From Luteolibacter sp. (lineage in GTDB: Bacteria; Verrucomicrobiota; Verrucomicrobiia; Verrucomicrobiales; Akkermansiaceae): a stretch of 57,684 nucleotides of DNA. Under the pieces are notes generated by a model. It ran no database searches. It saw only the letters and a program-made list of their open reading frames with translations, and was not told the DNA's origin. Below, in pieces: positions 9,912 through 19,567 of the stretch. Location of the stretch: the NCBI GenBank assembly GCA_021298895.1, contig JAJTHK010000055.1:1-57684 (forward strand), written 5' to 3'. The position numbers were made by a program, and so were the translations under genes. Numbering within the stretch: position 1 is the stretch's first letter; each line of letters begins with the position of its first letter.

Positions 9912-10988
9912 ATGCCCACCGTCCAAGTCGCACTCGGCGATCGTTCTTATCCTGTCATGGTTGAACATGGCTTGTTGTCTTCTGTTGCTGAAATTCTGAA
10001 GCAGCAGGGGCTTTCGCATCTGCGGCCGGCGATCATTTCGGACGAAACGGTGGCCGCGCACCACGCGCAAACGGTAATCTCTAGTTTCTCTGAAAACCCA
10101 CCCACCCTGCACACGGTTCCAGCCGGTGAGGCTTCGAAATCCCTTTCCCATGCCGAAGCGATCTGCCGCGAAATGATTCGCGCGGGTCACGACCGACGCT
10201 CGCTCATCATCGCTCTCGGTGGTGGTGTGGTTGGCGATCTCGCGGGATTCGTCGCATCCATTTTCTACCGTGGCATTCCTTTCGTGCAGATTCCAACCAC
10301 GATTGTTTCCCAAGTCGATTCCTCGGTCGGCGGAAAAACCGGCGTGAATGTGGCGGAGGGAAAAAATCTGTTAGGAGCGTTTCATCAACCAAAACTGGTG
10401 ATCGTCGATCCAGAGACGTTGAAGACTTTGCCGGCGCGCGAGTTTCATGAGGGATTTGCGGAAGCCATCAAGCATGCGGCGATCCGTGATGCAGCGATGT
10501 TGGACGATTTGTTAGCGATTGATCCTGAAAAGCGCGACGTGCCAGCGGAGTTGTTGGCACGCAACATCGCGATCAAAGCCCGCGTTGTTGAAGCGGATGA
10601 ATACGAAACCAAAGACATCCGCGCTTTGCTGAATTTCGGCCACACCATTGGACACGGGATCGAGGCTTCATTGCCTTATGGTCAAATGCTTCACGGCGAA
10701 GCCATCGCGCTCGGGATACGTGCGGCCTTGGTGATTTCCGAAAAACATTCGGGGTTGAGCTCAGAAGCTTCTCAAAAAATTCTCAGCCTTCTCGCACATT
10801 TCCACCTTCCACTACAACTCTCGCCAAGCATCCCGACCGCAACCGTGATGGAGAAACTGACTCGTGACAAAAAATTCAAATCCGGAAAAATTCGTTTCGT
10901 GACCCTTTCAGATATCGGCAAATCCCAAGTCATCGAGACTGTGACCAGTGCGGATTTAGAAGCAGCGATTGAGCATCTGCGCAGCTAA
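9912..10988 (+). CDS. aroB: 3-dehydroquinate synthase
   Basis: GGGVVGDLAGF, DSSVGGKTGVN, NFGHTIGHGIE and HGEAI motifs. Confidence 0.96.
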   Translation: MPTVQVALGDRSYPVMVEHGLLSSVAEILKQQGLSHLRPAIISDETVAAHHAQTVISSFSENPPTLHTVPAGEASKSLSHAEAICREMIRAGHDRRSLIIALGGGVVGDLAGFVASIFYRGIPFVQIPTTIVSQVDSSVGGKTGVNVAEGKNLLGAFHQPKLVIVDPETLKTLPAREFHEGFAEAIKHAAIRDAAMLDDLLAIDPEKRDVPAELLARNIAIKARVVEADEYETKDIRALLNFGHTIGHGIEASLPYGQMLHGEAIALGIRAALVISEKHSGLSSEASQKILSLLAHFHLPLQLSPSIPTATVMEKLTRDKKFKSGKIRFVTLSDIGKSQVIETVTSADLEAAIEHLRS

Positions 10989-11088
10989 AATTTCAAAATT
11001 CGAATTTCAACTTTGAAAAAAACTCGCTGCGCTATCACTATTGTTTCTCTTCCTTGAACTTTGAAATTTGAAACTTGAACTTTTAAAC
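10989..11088. repeat. inverted heptamer-tract module
   Basis: aatttca-aaattcg-aatttca ... tttctcttcc-ttgaact-ttgaaat-ttgaaac-ttgaact-tttaaac. Confidence 0.75.
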
Positions 11089-11883
11089 GGCGATTGCCTG
11101 AAAGTCCTCCCTACGCTCGATGAGACATTTTTCGATCTTGTGGTGACCTCGCCGCCATACAATCTCGGGATCAACTACTCGACCTTCATAGACACCGCTC
11201 CTCGCGAGGAGTTTCTTGCCTGGTGCAAAGCGTGGGCCGCGGAAGTGAAACGCGTGATGAAAGATGACGCATCGTTTTTTCTTAACATCGGCGCCGCGCC
11301 ATCGAATCCGCTTCTCCCCCATCAACTTCTCCTCGCCCTCACCGATGGATCTGACCCTTTGTTCGTTTTGCAAAACACCTTTCACTGGGTGAAATCGATT
11401 ACCGTCACGCCGACCAGCGGCGAGCCAATTTCTGCTGGGCATTTCAAACCGATCAATTCGAATCGCTACGTCAACGACTGCCACGAGTATTTGTTTCAAC
11501 TAACAAAAAATGGCGATGTTCCACTCGATCGCCGCGCCGCTGGCGTACCTTACGTCTATAAATCGAACATCGCTCGCTGGGGGCACACCGAGGGCGAAGA
11601 CCTACGCTGCCGGGGAAACACTTGGTTCATCCCCTACGAAACCATCCAGTCCCGCAAGGGCGAGCGCCCCCACCCCGCCACCTTTCCCGTTGCTTTGGTC
11701 GAGCAATGCATCAAAATCCACGGAAAAGCCCAATCCACCCGCCTGCTCGACCCATTTCTAGGTATCGGATCCTCGGCTTTAGCGGCCAAATCCCAAAAAA
11801 TCTCCCATTTCACCGGGGTCGAGCTGGATGCGGATTACCTCGAAGTGGCGGCGGATTTCATCCGCCAAGCCGATTTTTCTTAA
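11068..11883 (+). CDS. orphan site-specific DNA methyltransferase, beta class (N4-C/N6-A)
   Basis: GDCL, motif IV TSPPY near the N-terminus, HPATFP, motif I DPFLGIGS near the C-terminus, GVELD. Confidence 0.92.
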   Translation: MKLELLNGDCLKVLPTLDETFFDLVVTSPPYNLGINYSTFIDTAPREEFLAWCKAWAAEVKRVMKDDASFFLNIGAAPSNPLLPHQLLLALTDGSDPLFVLQNTFHWVKSITVTPTSGEPISAGHFKPINSNRYVNDCHEYLFQLTKNGDVPLDRRAAGVPYVYKSNIARWGHTEGEDLRCRGNTWFIPYETIQSRKGERPHPATFPVALVEQCIKIHGKAQSTRLLDPFLGIGSSALAAKSQKISHFTGVELDADYLEVAADFIRQADFS

Positions 11884-12325
11884 CAAACTCAATTTGGATT
11901 TTAGTCCAAACTGATATTTTTTACGTAAGATTTGTATGTGAAACTAGAAATATGAAGGGTTTGGCTGGGCGGATGCAATCCGCCGCCACGGGGCTAAATC
12001 GCAAAAAATTCCCTCTCATTTTGCAATTTTCATCCACCAATCCCAATAATCTCGTAAATCCATGGCATGGCGGATAAAAACCGCCGCCACATCCCTTTAT
12101 TTTAAAGGATTTTTCATTTCGGATGGGTAATTTATTAACTTTTGCCGAATTTCAGGCTTCCCATTTCAGAAATTTTAAATAATTTGGCGATGTCCTAAGG
12201 ATTTCTAAGTTTTTTTTGAAAAAGTCCCACCAATCTTCGCTGATGTAAATCAGATGAGTTTGGATTTTCAAAAGACGACGAGGAGGTTCTCCCATGTCCC
12301 AACATGAACCTTACAACCAGCCAAC

Positions 12326-12787
12326 ATGAAAAATACATCACCTAGTGCCGCAGGCACCGTGGCGAAAGCTGACGCTGATCGCCTCGCAGACTTCGTGCTC
12401 TTCACCCAGCGCAGCTGCATCCTCAACCTATCTGGAGAACTGAACAAAGGAAACGTTTCCTTCTCTCAGTTTTTCTTACTCACCTATTTATCCAGCGAAG
12501 AATACCTCACCATGTCCGACATCGCAAAGAAAATGGGCCACTCGACCGCAGCTGCGACTGGCTTGATCGATCGTTTAGAGAAACTCGGTTATGTCGAGCG
12601 TGTGAATGCGGCGGAAGATCGTCGTAAAATCATGGTTCGCATCACCACCAAAGGAGTCGAGCTCGTATCCAGAATGCGTAAGGAAATCGCGACTGACCTC
12701 GCAGGTATCCTTGCTGGAATGGATGAAGAAGAGGCGGAAACCGTGGAACACACGAACCGCGCTCTGAAAAACCGCTCGCTAGTCTAA
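12326..12787 (+). CDS. MarR-family transcriptional regulator
   Basis: TMSDIAKKMGHSTAAATGLIDRLEKLGYVER..DRR..IT.KG winged HTH. Confidence 0.92.
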   Translation: MKNTSPSAAGTVAKADADRLADFVLFTQRSCILNLSGELNKGNVSFSQFFLLTYLSSEEYLTMSDIAKKMGHSTAAATGLIDRLEKLGYVERVNAAEDRRKIMVRITTKGVELVSRMRKEIATDLAGILAGMDEEEAETVEHTNRALKNRSLV

Positions 12788-12851
12788 TTTTTATTCATAC
12801 CAAGCGAAACCCGCTTGGCGAATTCGATGTGCCTCCGTTACGATCTTAGTC

Positions 12852-13511
12852 GTGACGGAGGTGTTTTCTTTTCTAGACCCACTGCGAGAGCTGCGAGAAT
12901 TCCAGGCATCATGGATTCCAAGGCTGGCGGGTGTGGATGTTTTGGGTGATCGCGAATTTGCGTTGAGCAATCTCGCGCCGCATCACGATCGCTGGATTGA
13001 GGAACGTTTCCCGAAAATTTCCACCCGCCATCATGCCGAGCAGATTCATGGGAATCAAATCGCGGTCATCACAGGCACTTCCGAGCAATCAACCATCCAA
13101 TACCGTGGAGTCGATGGATTGGTCACAAATCTACCCAACCAGTTGCTTGCGATCTACGTCGCCGACTGTGCCGCGATCTACTTGGCTGATCCCGTCACTC
13201 GTTCGATCGGGTTGTTACATTCGGGAAAAAAAGGAACCGAAGGCAACATCCTACGTGAGGGGGTCATGCAGATGCAGAAAAATTATGGCACTCGTCCAAG
13301 CGATCTGGTCTGCGTAGTTTCGCCGTGCATTCGTCCTCCAGATTACGATATCGATTTTGCGGCAACCATTCGCAAACAGGCGAAGGAGTTAGGAATCGTA
13401 AACTTTCAAGATACCTGCGAGAACACCGCAGCGGATCTGGAGCTGCATTACTCATATCGCATCGAAAAAGGCCAGACAGGCAGAATGCTCGCCCTACTAT
13501 CGCTTCAATAA
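12852..13511 (+). CDS. YfiH/PgeF-like (laccase-domain, purine nucleoside phosphorylase-like) protein
   Basis: EQIHGN, DGLVT, VADCA, LHSGKKG and YSYR...GR motifs. Confidence 0.85.
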   Translation: MTEVFSFLDPLRELREFQASWIPRLAGVDVLGDREFALSNLAPHHDRWIEERFPKISTRHHAEQIHGNQIAVITGTSEQSTIQYRGVDGLVTNLPNQLLAIYVADCAAIYLADPVTRSIGLLHSGKKGTEGNILREGVMQMQKNYGTRPSDLVCVVSPCIRPPDYDIDFAATIRKQAKELGIVNFQDTCENTAADLELHYSYRIEKGQTGRMLALLSLQ

Positions 13512-13549
13512 CATCTCCCATTTGACTTCACTTCGTTCCCTCTAAGCTT

Positions 13550-13657
13550 TAAATAGTGAGTGTTGAAGAGTGAATAGTGAAATGATTGTGATTATTGCCT
13601 ACTCTTCCCTCTTCCCTCTTCCCTCTTCCCTCTTCACTATTCACTATTCCCTCTTCC
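13550..13657. repeat. inverted heptamer-tract module upstream of ispE
   Basis: tgaagag-tgaatag ... (ctcttcc)n-ctcttca-ctattca-ctattcc-ctcttcc-ACC-ATG. Confidence 0.85.
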
Positions 13658-13660
13658 ACC

Positions 13661-14479
13661 ATGCTCTCACCTGCCAAACTCAATCTCTCGCTCCGCGTCC
13701 TTTCGAAACGTCCGGATGGTTTCCATGAAATCGAAACCCTGATGGTCAAGCTCCCGGGTTTGGCGGATGAAATCACCATCCTACCTTCTGATCAGTTTTC
13801 CTTCACCTGTTCGGACCCAAGTTTGCCGACCGATTCGAGAAACCTAGCAGTGAAAGCCGTCGAAGCACTGGCTGAAAAAACAGGACATCCCCAACATTAC
13901 CAGATCCATTTGGAAAAGCGCATTCCGCACGGTGCGGGTCTCGGTGGAGGTTCGAGCAATGCCGCCACCGTGCTCTTGGCTCTCAACTCCCAACTTGCCA
14001 ATCCTCTCTCTCCGCAGGAGCTGCACGAACTCGCCGCAACCATAGGATCCGACGTTCCGTTTTTCCTCTATGCTGGCGCAGCATGGTGCAGAGGCCGCGG
14101 TGAAATCATTGAGGCCGCCCCAGCACCGCCGGCTCTACCCATCGTTCTGTTCAAACCCGGTTTCAGTGTTTCAACCGCAGATGCCTACCACAACTGCTTG
14201 GAAGCCGAACCGCTCCCGGGCATCCGCTACGACCCCTATACCTACGAAGGCTTGGAACTGGTGAACGATTTGGAAAAACCTGTTTTTACCAAACATCGCT
14301 ACCTCGCCGAATTCAAAGATTGGTTGCAAAACCGCCGCGATACAAAAACCGCTCTAATGACAGGTTCAGGATCAACCATGATCGCCATCCTCCGGCCCAA
14401 AGGTCGGGCGGACAATCTAATCTACACCGCTCACAAATATTTCGATGCGAATCTGTGGACGTGGAGCGGGACGCTGTGA
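13661..14479 (+). CDS. ispE: 4-diphosphocytidyl-2-C-methyl-D-erythritol kinase
   Basis: PAKLNLSL, GFHEIET, KRIPHGAGLGGGSSNAA, GSDVPFF and MTGSGST; start placed at ATG 13661 because the upstream in-frame extension is translated repeat. Confidence 0.93.
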   Translation: MLSPAKLNLSLRVLSKRPDGFHEIETLMVKLPGLADEITILPSDQFSFTCSDPSLPTDSRNLAVKAVEALAEKTGHPQHYQIHLEKRIPHGAGLGGGSSNAATVLLALNSQLANPLSPQELHELAATIGSDVPFFLYAGAAWCRGRGEIIEAAPAPPALPIVLFKPGFSVSTADAYHNCLEAEPLPGIRYDPYTYEGLELVNDLEKPVFTKHRYLAEFKDWLQNRRDTKTALMTGSGSTMIAILRPKGRADNLIYTAHKYFDANLWTWSGTL

Positions 14480-14490
14480 AAGCTTGTTTT

Positions 14491-14825
14491 TTCCAGCCCT
14501 CCGTTCTCTCCGTTTCCTTCTGTAAAAAGATTTCTTCACAGAAGGTAACAAAGGAAACGAAGGAGCTCCGCGCTTAACTTTAACTTCTAGAATTTTTGTA
14601 ATTGTGATGCGATAGCTGGGTTGTTCCAACCCTCCGTTATCTTCGTTGCCTTCTGTAAAAAGATTTTCTTCACAGGAGGTAACAGAGGAAACGGAGGGGC
14701 TTAGCACTCAGCTTTCGATTACATTCCTCTGCATTAAATATTTCTCAGAAGAAGAGTAAATTAGAGGTGATAGCTAGGTTGCTCCAGCCCTCCGTTATCT
14801 CCGTTTGCTCCTGTGAAAAATATTT
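14491..14825. repeat. tandem array of ~9-bp-unit inverted-repeat modules (BIME-like)
   Basis: Three CCCTCCGTT..C(C/T)GTT..CTGT arms (about 14497, 14630, 14788) and two complementary ACAG.AGGTAACA.AGGAAACG.AGG arms (14538, about 14672), between convergent genes. Confidence 0.85.
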
Positions 14826-14929
14826 TCTCATCATCTCATTAATCCGCGGATACAGATTTGATGACAATAGCCCAAGCCCCTTTCAACCAGCCTCATTTGA
14901 ACTTGGCTGTACCTAAGAATTTAGGAACG

Positions 14930-15733
14930 TTATAACGTCTCCACAGCATCCAAAAACGAAGGATATTTCGGCTGCCAACCAGTTGCTTTGAGCTTGGCGT
15001 TGGAAACCTGTTTGTGGGTCCAACCGCGTTTACGGTTCAAATCACGCGGTCCACTCGGCGGGAGAGGTTTGCTGAAAATTTTTGCCAGTCCTTGATAAAC
15101 TTCCAGCTGAGTTAAACTCTCCGAATCACAGATGTTAAAAATTTCTCCTGCTGGAAATTTTGTTAGATTAAACAAATGCAACAACGCGCTAGCTGCGTCA
15201 TCGCGGTGGATCTGATTGATGAAACGCCGACCGTCTTCCTCGATGACTGCTTCATCGTTTTTAAACTTACTCAAAAGCACACTGCGATTCGGCCCGTAAA
15301 TTCCTGCGAGCCTTGCGACCACGCCGCCGGCATCTAGCACGATATTTTCCGCAGCTAACAACAACCTGCCCGTTTCACGATCTGGAATGGTTTCGGATTC
15401 CTCGTTCACCGTCTCACCGTTGTGCTGAGCATAAACCGAACTGCTGGAGGTGAAGGCAATCTTGGCTTGAGGGAATCGACGGACGAGATTCTCGCAGCCT
15501 TTCAAATAAACGTTACGATACGCATCCTCACCACCACGTCCCGATGCCGCACAATGAATCACCGCATCCGCATCCGGAAGCGCGGCAACCGATTCCGAAT
15601 CACTCACATCACAGGCGATCAGATTTTCTCCACCGCTCAGTGATACACCTGTCGCTTGCCATCCTGCGGCTTTGAACTGCCGCAAAATTTCCTCGCCCAA
15701 ATACCCAGCTCCTATCACCAAAAGTTTATTCAT
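14930..15733 (-). CDS. NAD-dependent epimerase/dehydratase (SDR)
   Basis: GAGYLG Rossmann motif, TSSSSVY, RLAGIYGP, IHRDD; start placed at MNKLL. Confidence 0.88.
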   Translation of the reverse strand: MNKLLVIGAGYLGEEILRQFKAAGWQATGVSLSGGENLIACDVSDSESVAALPDADAVIHCAASGRGGEDAYRNVYLKGCENLVRRFPQAKIAFTSSSSVYAQHNGETVNEESETIPDRETGRLLLAAENIVLDAGGVVARLAGIYGPNRSVLLSKFKNDEAVIEEDGRRFINQIHRDDAASALLHLFNLTKFPAGEIFNICDSESLTQLEVYQGLAKIFSKPLPPSGPRDLNRKRGWTHKQVSNAKLKATGWQPKYPSFLDAVETL

Positions 15734-15743
15734 ATCTACGCAA

Positions 15744-16472
15744 CTAATCGTTTTTCCGCGCCACAAACCATAGCAGCAAACCGCCAACCGTAAGTCCGCC
15801 GAAAAAGATCAGCCAGAAAAGCTCATGAACAAAATCCGGTAAATTCACATTCATCCCAAACAAGCTGCCCAATGCAACCACGGGCAAAAAGAAGCCAGTG
15901 ACAAGGTTGAGCTTAAAAAGAATTTTTCCCAATCGATCTGAGGATCTCGCATGTTCTTCGGAAGCCTCTGCTTGCCAAAAGATCAAGGTTTCGCGCGCAT
16001 CACTTTGAAGAAGTTCAGCCGCTCGTTCAAGTTCTCTTGCGCGGTCGCGGAAGGATAGGATTTCACGATCTTCAGGCTCTTGAGCGAGAGCATCCTCAAG
16101 CGCATGAACCAGATTTCGACTGCTTCGCGTAATAGGCCCTGCATGTCTGAGGATTTTGAAAACCAGCTCCGTGGACTCCGTTTTTTCTAACAATTCCTCG
16201 TTCAGATCAATCGCCTTCGCGTAGCGATCTAGTAAAGAACTAAGCTCACTCAGGCCCGACCCATTGGGCTGCAACCAGGTTCCATCGCGCCGCCTCCAAA
16301 AGAAAATCGCCTTACGTTCGGGGATACCTGCCTCTGGGACCTCATGCACTACCAGCAGCAATTCACTCTCCCCCACCACACAACGCTGATGCCCAGGCCG
16401 ACCGCTGAGCTGCTCCCTCAACGTGCGCTCAATTTCAAAAAGTGGCGGCAATATCAGTAATTCCTCATGCAT
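15744..16472 (-). CDS. CorA-like divalent cation transporter (short form)
   Basis: C-terminal pair of TM helices containing the LFGMN signature. Confidence 0.7.
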   Translation of the reverse strand: MHEELLILPPLFEIERTLREQLSGRPGHQRCVVGESELLLVVHEVPEAGIPERKAIFFWRRRDGTWLQPNGSGLSELSSLLDRYAKAIDLNEELLEKTESTELVFKILRHAGPITRSSRNLVHALEDALAQEPEDREILSFRDRARELERAAELLQSDARETLIFWQAEASEEHARSSDRLGKILFKLNLVTGFFLPVVALGSLFGMNVNLPDFVHELFWLIFFGGLTVGGLLLWFVARKND

Positions 16473-16566
16473 GACTTGATGATTTATGGGATTTTTTACA
16501 TATCCGCAACCTTACGATTGGCCGTGCTTGCATATCCGCCCAAATCAAGCTAATTACTTCGCATTC

Positions 16567-17175
16567 ATGAAATACTTTGTCCTATTCGCTTGCTCGATGC
16601 TACTGATTTCCTGCGTCGATACCAAACCTCCAGGATCCGATTATCTCGCTGGCATTGGCGGTCCAATCCATCGCCCAACCTCTGGCGGCCCTCACCATCC
16701 TGCCCCAGCTATCCCTGATGATGTGTCCTATTGGGAAGGCGATGACGTCAAAGGTCCCTCGGTCATCAAAATTGTGCGCTCCCAACAAAAGGCATTCTTT
16801 TACAAAGGCAACAAACTGGTAGGGGTTTCCAAAATCTCCTCCGGAAAAGAAGATTCCGGCACCCCTCCAGGAAAATACAAAATCTCTCAGAAAAATAAAG
16901 ATCACAAATCATCCCTTTACGGCTCCATCAAAGACAAGGCCACCGGCCAAGTCATCAACGACAATGCCGACATCCGCGTCGATCAAGTCGGCCCAGGTCA
17001 GGTCTTTTACCATGCACCCATGCCTTACTACATGCGCTTCAACAACGCCATCGGCATGCACACCGGCTACCTACCCGGCTACGCCGCATCACATGGTTGT
17101 GTTAGAATGCCCCACCACATGGCCGAGAAGTTTTTCGAAAACGTAACCGTCGGAACGCCGGTGATTGTTGAGTAA
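16567..17175 (+). CDS. L,D-transpeptidase (YkuD) family lipoprotein
   Basis: Lipobox LISC; TPPGKY, MPYYMR, GMHTG and ASHGCVRM (catalytic His/Cys). Confidence 0.9.
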   Translation: MKYFVLFACSMLLISCVDTKPPGSDYLAGIGGPIHRPTSGGPHHPAPAIPDDVSYWEGDDVKGPSVIKIVRSQQKAFFYKGNKLVGVSKISSGKEDSGTPPGKYKISQKNKDHKSSLYGSIKDKATGQVINDNADIRVDQVGPGQVFYHAPMPYYMRFNNAIGMHTGYLPGYAASHGCVRMPHHMAEKFFENVTVGTPVIVE

Positions 17176-17240
17176 CTCAGCTAATGACATGTCTTTTAGC
17201 GCTCGCGCAACTGCTGATAGCAGGTTGCAAGAGTCCTCGT

Positions 17241-17291
17241 CAACGGCCATCCATCAGCAAGCATTCGTGTTATTCGAGAAATTCGTAGTTA
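17241..17291 (+). repeat. partial (right-half) copy of the CACGAATTT module
   Basis: caacggccatccatcagcaagcattcgtgttattcgagaaattcgtagtta matches about 18428-18475 and the reverse complement of about 22440-22492. Confidence 0.8.
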
Positions 17292-17379
17292 AATTTCTTC
17301 ATCTTACGATTTTTACGTCAGAAAACCTACCAGCAATCATTTGGTCGACGCTGCCTAACTTATCGTTTATCAATGGCGC

Positions 17380-18372
17380 ATGGGAACACCTGCGTTGAAA
17401 CGGATCGATTGTCATGTGCATTTGTTAGGAGACGGCAGCTCCGGTAGCGGGTGCTGGCTGCAGATGAGGACGCCGCTTCATCAGTTGATGGCTCGTTTTA
17501 TCGTGAAATCAACAGGCTTACCAGCGGGTTGCTTGGATACAGGACTGGATGAGGCGTTGTTGGATCGACTGGTTCACTTGGTGCGGACCTCATCTTTGGA
17601 TTCCGTGGTGCTGTTAGCTCAGGACTTGCCCTACACCGACGACGGCATCGCCATGCCGGAGAAAGGGGCTTTCTATGTCCCTAACGAATATCTGCTGAAA
17701 GTCTGCGCCGAGTATCCGGATCTTTTTATCCCTGCCGTCTCCATCCATCCATCGAAACCCAATGCCATGGAGGAACTGGACCGCTGCATCGCCGCAGGCG
17801 CGCGGGTGCTTAAATTGCTGCCGAACTGCCTCAACGTCGATTACTCAAATCCAAAACATCAACCGTTTTTCAAAAAAATGGCCGCCGCCGGAATGATCCT
17901 GCTATCCCACACCGGCGGTGAAATCTCTCTGCCTGTCATCGATCCACTCCTCGCCGATCCTCGCTTGTTAGAATATCCGCTTGCTTGCGGTGTCACCGTG
18001 ATCGCCGCGCACTGCGCGGGTCGCTCAGGATTATGGGATGCCGACTACACAGACGACCTCATCGAAATGTTTGAAAAATGGCCGCGCTTGTATGGCGACA
18101 ACTCCGCCCTATGCAGCCCCATCCGCTGCCAGACTCTACCCAAAGTCCTTCCTGAAAACGTACGCAATCGCATCATCCACGGCAGCGACTTTCCCATCTC
18201 CGTCAATGGCTTCGGCCCATGGCGCATGCGCTTGATCGATTTCAAAACCTGGCGCGCCGCAGACCGCGACCCCAATGTCCTTGAACGCGATGTCTTCCTG
18301 AAAACCAAAGTCGGCTTCGATGATGCGCAGCTAACACGCATGGCGGAAATTTTGGAATCTTCTAAAATCTAA
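17380..18372 (+). CDS. amidohydrolase family protein (Amidohydro_2)
   Basis: IDCHVH, SIHP, SHTG, AAHC and HGSDFP motifs. Confidence 0.85.
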   Translation: MGTPALKRIDCHVHLLGDGSSGSGCWLQMRTPLHQLMARFIVKSTGLPAGCLDTGLDEALLDRLVHLVRTSSLDSVVLLAQDLPYTDDGIAMPEKGAFYVPNEYLLKVCAEYPDLFIPAVSIHPSKPNAMEELDRCIAAGARVLKLLPNCLNVDYSNPKHQPFFKKMAAAGMILLSHTGGEISLPVIDPLLADPRLLEYPLACGVTVIAAHCAGRSGLWDADYTDDLIEMFEKWPRLYGDNSALCSPIRCQTLPKVLPENVRNRIIHGSDFPISVNGFGPWRMRLIDFKTWRAADRDPNVLERDVFLKTKVGFDDAQLTRMAEILESSKI

Positions 18373-18475
18373 CCACGAATTTCACGAATTGCACAAATAT
18401 GAAGACAGATTAGCTGATGTTTATTCGCAGCGAACATCCATCAGCAAGCATTCGTGTTATTCGTGAAATTCGTGG
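18370..18475 (+). mobile_element. MITE-like ~106-bp element with (CACGAATTT)-type nonamer arms, copy 1
   Basis: aaccacgaatttcacgaattgcacaaat ... attcgtgttattcgtgaaattcgtgg; close match to the reverse complement of 22440-22547. Confidence 0.75.
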
Positions 18476-18507
18476 ACAAAAAATACCTCAGCGCTCGAAG
18501 AGTTTTA

Positions 18508-18641
18508 AACCACCGAACGCACGGAACACACGGAATGTGTGTTACTACACTGATCTTTGAATTTTCAACTACGCAGCGAACATCAAAGCACCAATACAGC
18601 GCTTTAGCTCCCACTCCGTGCGTTCCGTGCTCTCCGTGGTT
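18508..18641. repeat. nonamer inverted-repeat module (CACGGAACN arms)
   Basis: aaccaccgaacgcacggaacacacggaatg ... cactccgtgcgttccgtgctctccgtggtt. Confidence 0.8.
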
Positions 18642-18831
18642 AATTTCATATCAACCCCAGCTATTCCTCTTATTTTTCTGCCGAAATTTTCTATCTGAGG
18701 TCTTCTGCTCCTATGAGTGATGCCCATATGGTGGGCGTTGAGGACAGTCTCACGTCCGTTAGATGAATCGCGCGTTAAGATTTTTGAAGTGGGTCGACTC
18801 AGCGAGGCGACCCTACCGTTTATGAAATCAC

Positions 18832-18862
18832 AAAAAAAAGCGAACCTCATCGGCTCGCTTTT
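18832..18862 (-). terminator. Rho-independent terminator after the PEP-CTERM gene
   Basis: AAAAAGCGA...TCGCTTTTT hairpin with an A-run, about 25 bp past the stop. Confidence 0.6.
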
Positions 18863-18885
18863 CTCTATTTGAAATTTAAAATCTC

Positions 18886-19524
18886 TTACCGACGACGACG
18901 CAGAAGTCCGAGAACTCCCAAAGAAGCTAACAGGAAGGTTGAGGGCTCGGGGATGGCGACTAAATTGTAAGCTGGAACTGCAATTGTTCCTCCAAAAGAA
19001 GTAAAAGTATGCTGAAAGTTATTGTAACCACCTTGTACCAGCGTTCCTGCTGCATTCTGTACGTTAATAGTATCGGTGGATGGCTCCGAAGATGCAAACG
19101 TCGATGGTTTACTCCAAACTAAAAACTCAGTTGCAGCAGTGACACCTAAAGCTGTGAACCCAGCGGCAGAATTTGTAATCACCAAATAAAGGGGCTGACC
19201 TGCATATGGAGCAGCCAAAGGCGTGCCACTAATATTACCACTAAATATACCATTTCCATCTGCACCAACAAATCCAGCTCCAAAATTAAGAAGATTACCG
19301 TATGGGTTAAACGTACTTACTAACGTTGCTAGTGAAGCACCTGGCACATCAACAACCCCACTAAAATAACCAACTTGAACGGAACCAGCGCCATTGGCAA
19401 TCAATGTTCCGTTAGACAATGTAATCGCATTAGAATCATTTGGGTTATTTACATTGCCGACTGTGAACGTTGCGGCATTAGCAAAACTTGCTAGTATGAT
19501 CAAAATTAGAGGCGCGAACTTCAT
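18886..19524 (-). CDS. PEP-CTERM sorting domain protein
   Basis: Signal peptide (MKFAPLILIILASFANA); C-terminal IPEPST, hydrophobic helix, RRRR. Confidence 0.92.
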   Translation of the reverse strand: MKFAPLILIILASFANAATFTVGNVNNPNDSNAITLSNGTLIANGAGSVQVGYFSGVVDVPGASLATLVSTFNPYGNLLNFGAGFVGADGNGIFSGNISGTPLAAPYAGQPLYLVITNSAAGFTALGVTAATEFLVWSKPSTFASSEPSTDTINVQNAAGTLVQGGYNNFQHTFTSFGGTIAVPAYNLVAIPEPSTFLLASLGVLGLLRRRR

Positions 19525-19567
19525 ATTACTAAAAATCAATTATTTGTAACTGTTTGACTAAATACCA

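Noticed and set aside
13595-13660. N-terminal extension of IspE, and likewise 30989-31117 of the ABC ATPase
   Set aside because: The extensions begin in repeat or intergenic DNA; family similarity starts at the downstream ATG.
14491-14825. CRISPR array
   Set aside because: Repeats are long and degenerate, spacers are unequal, there are only about 2.5 units, and no cas genes are present.
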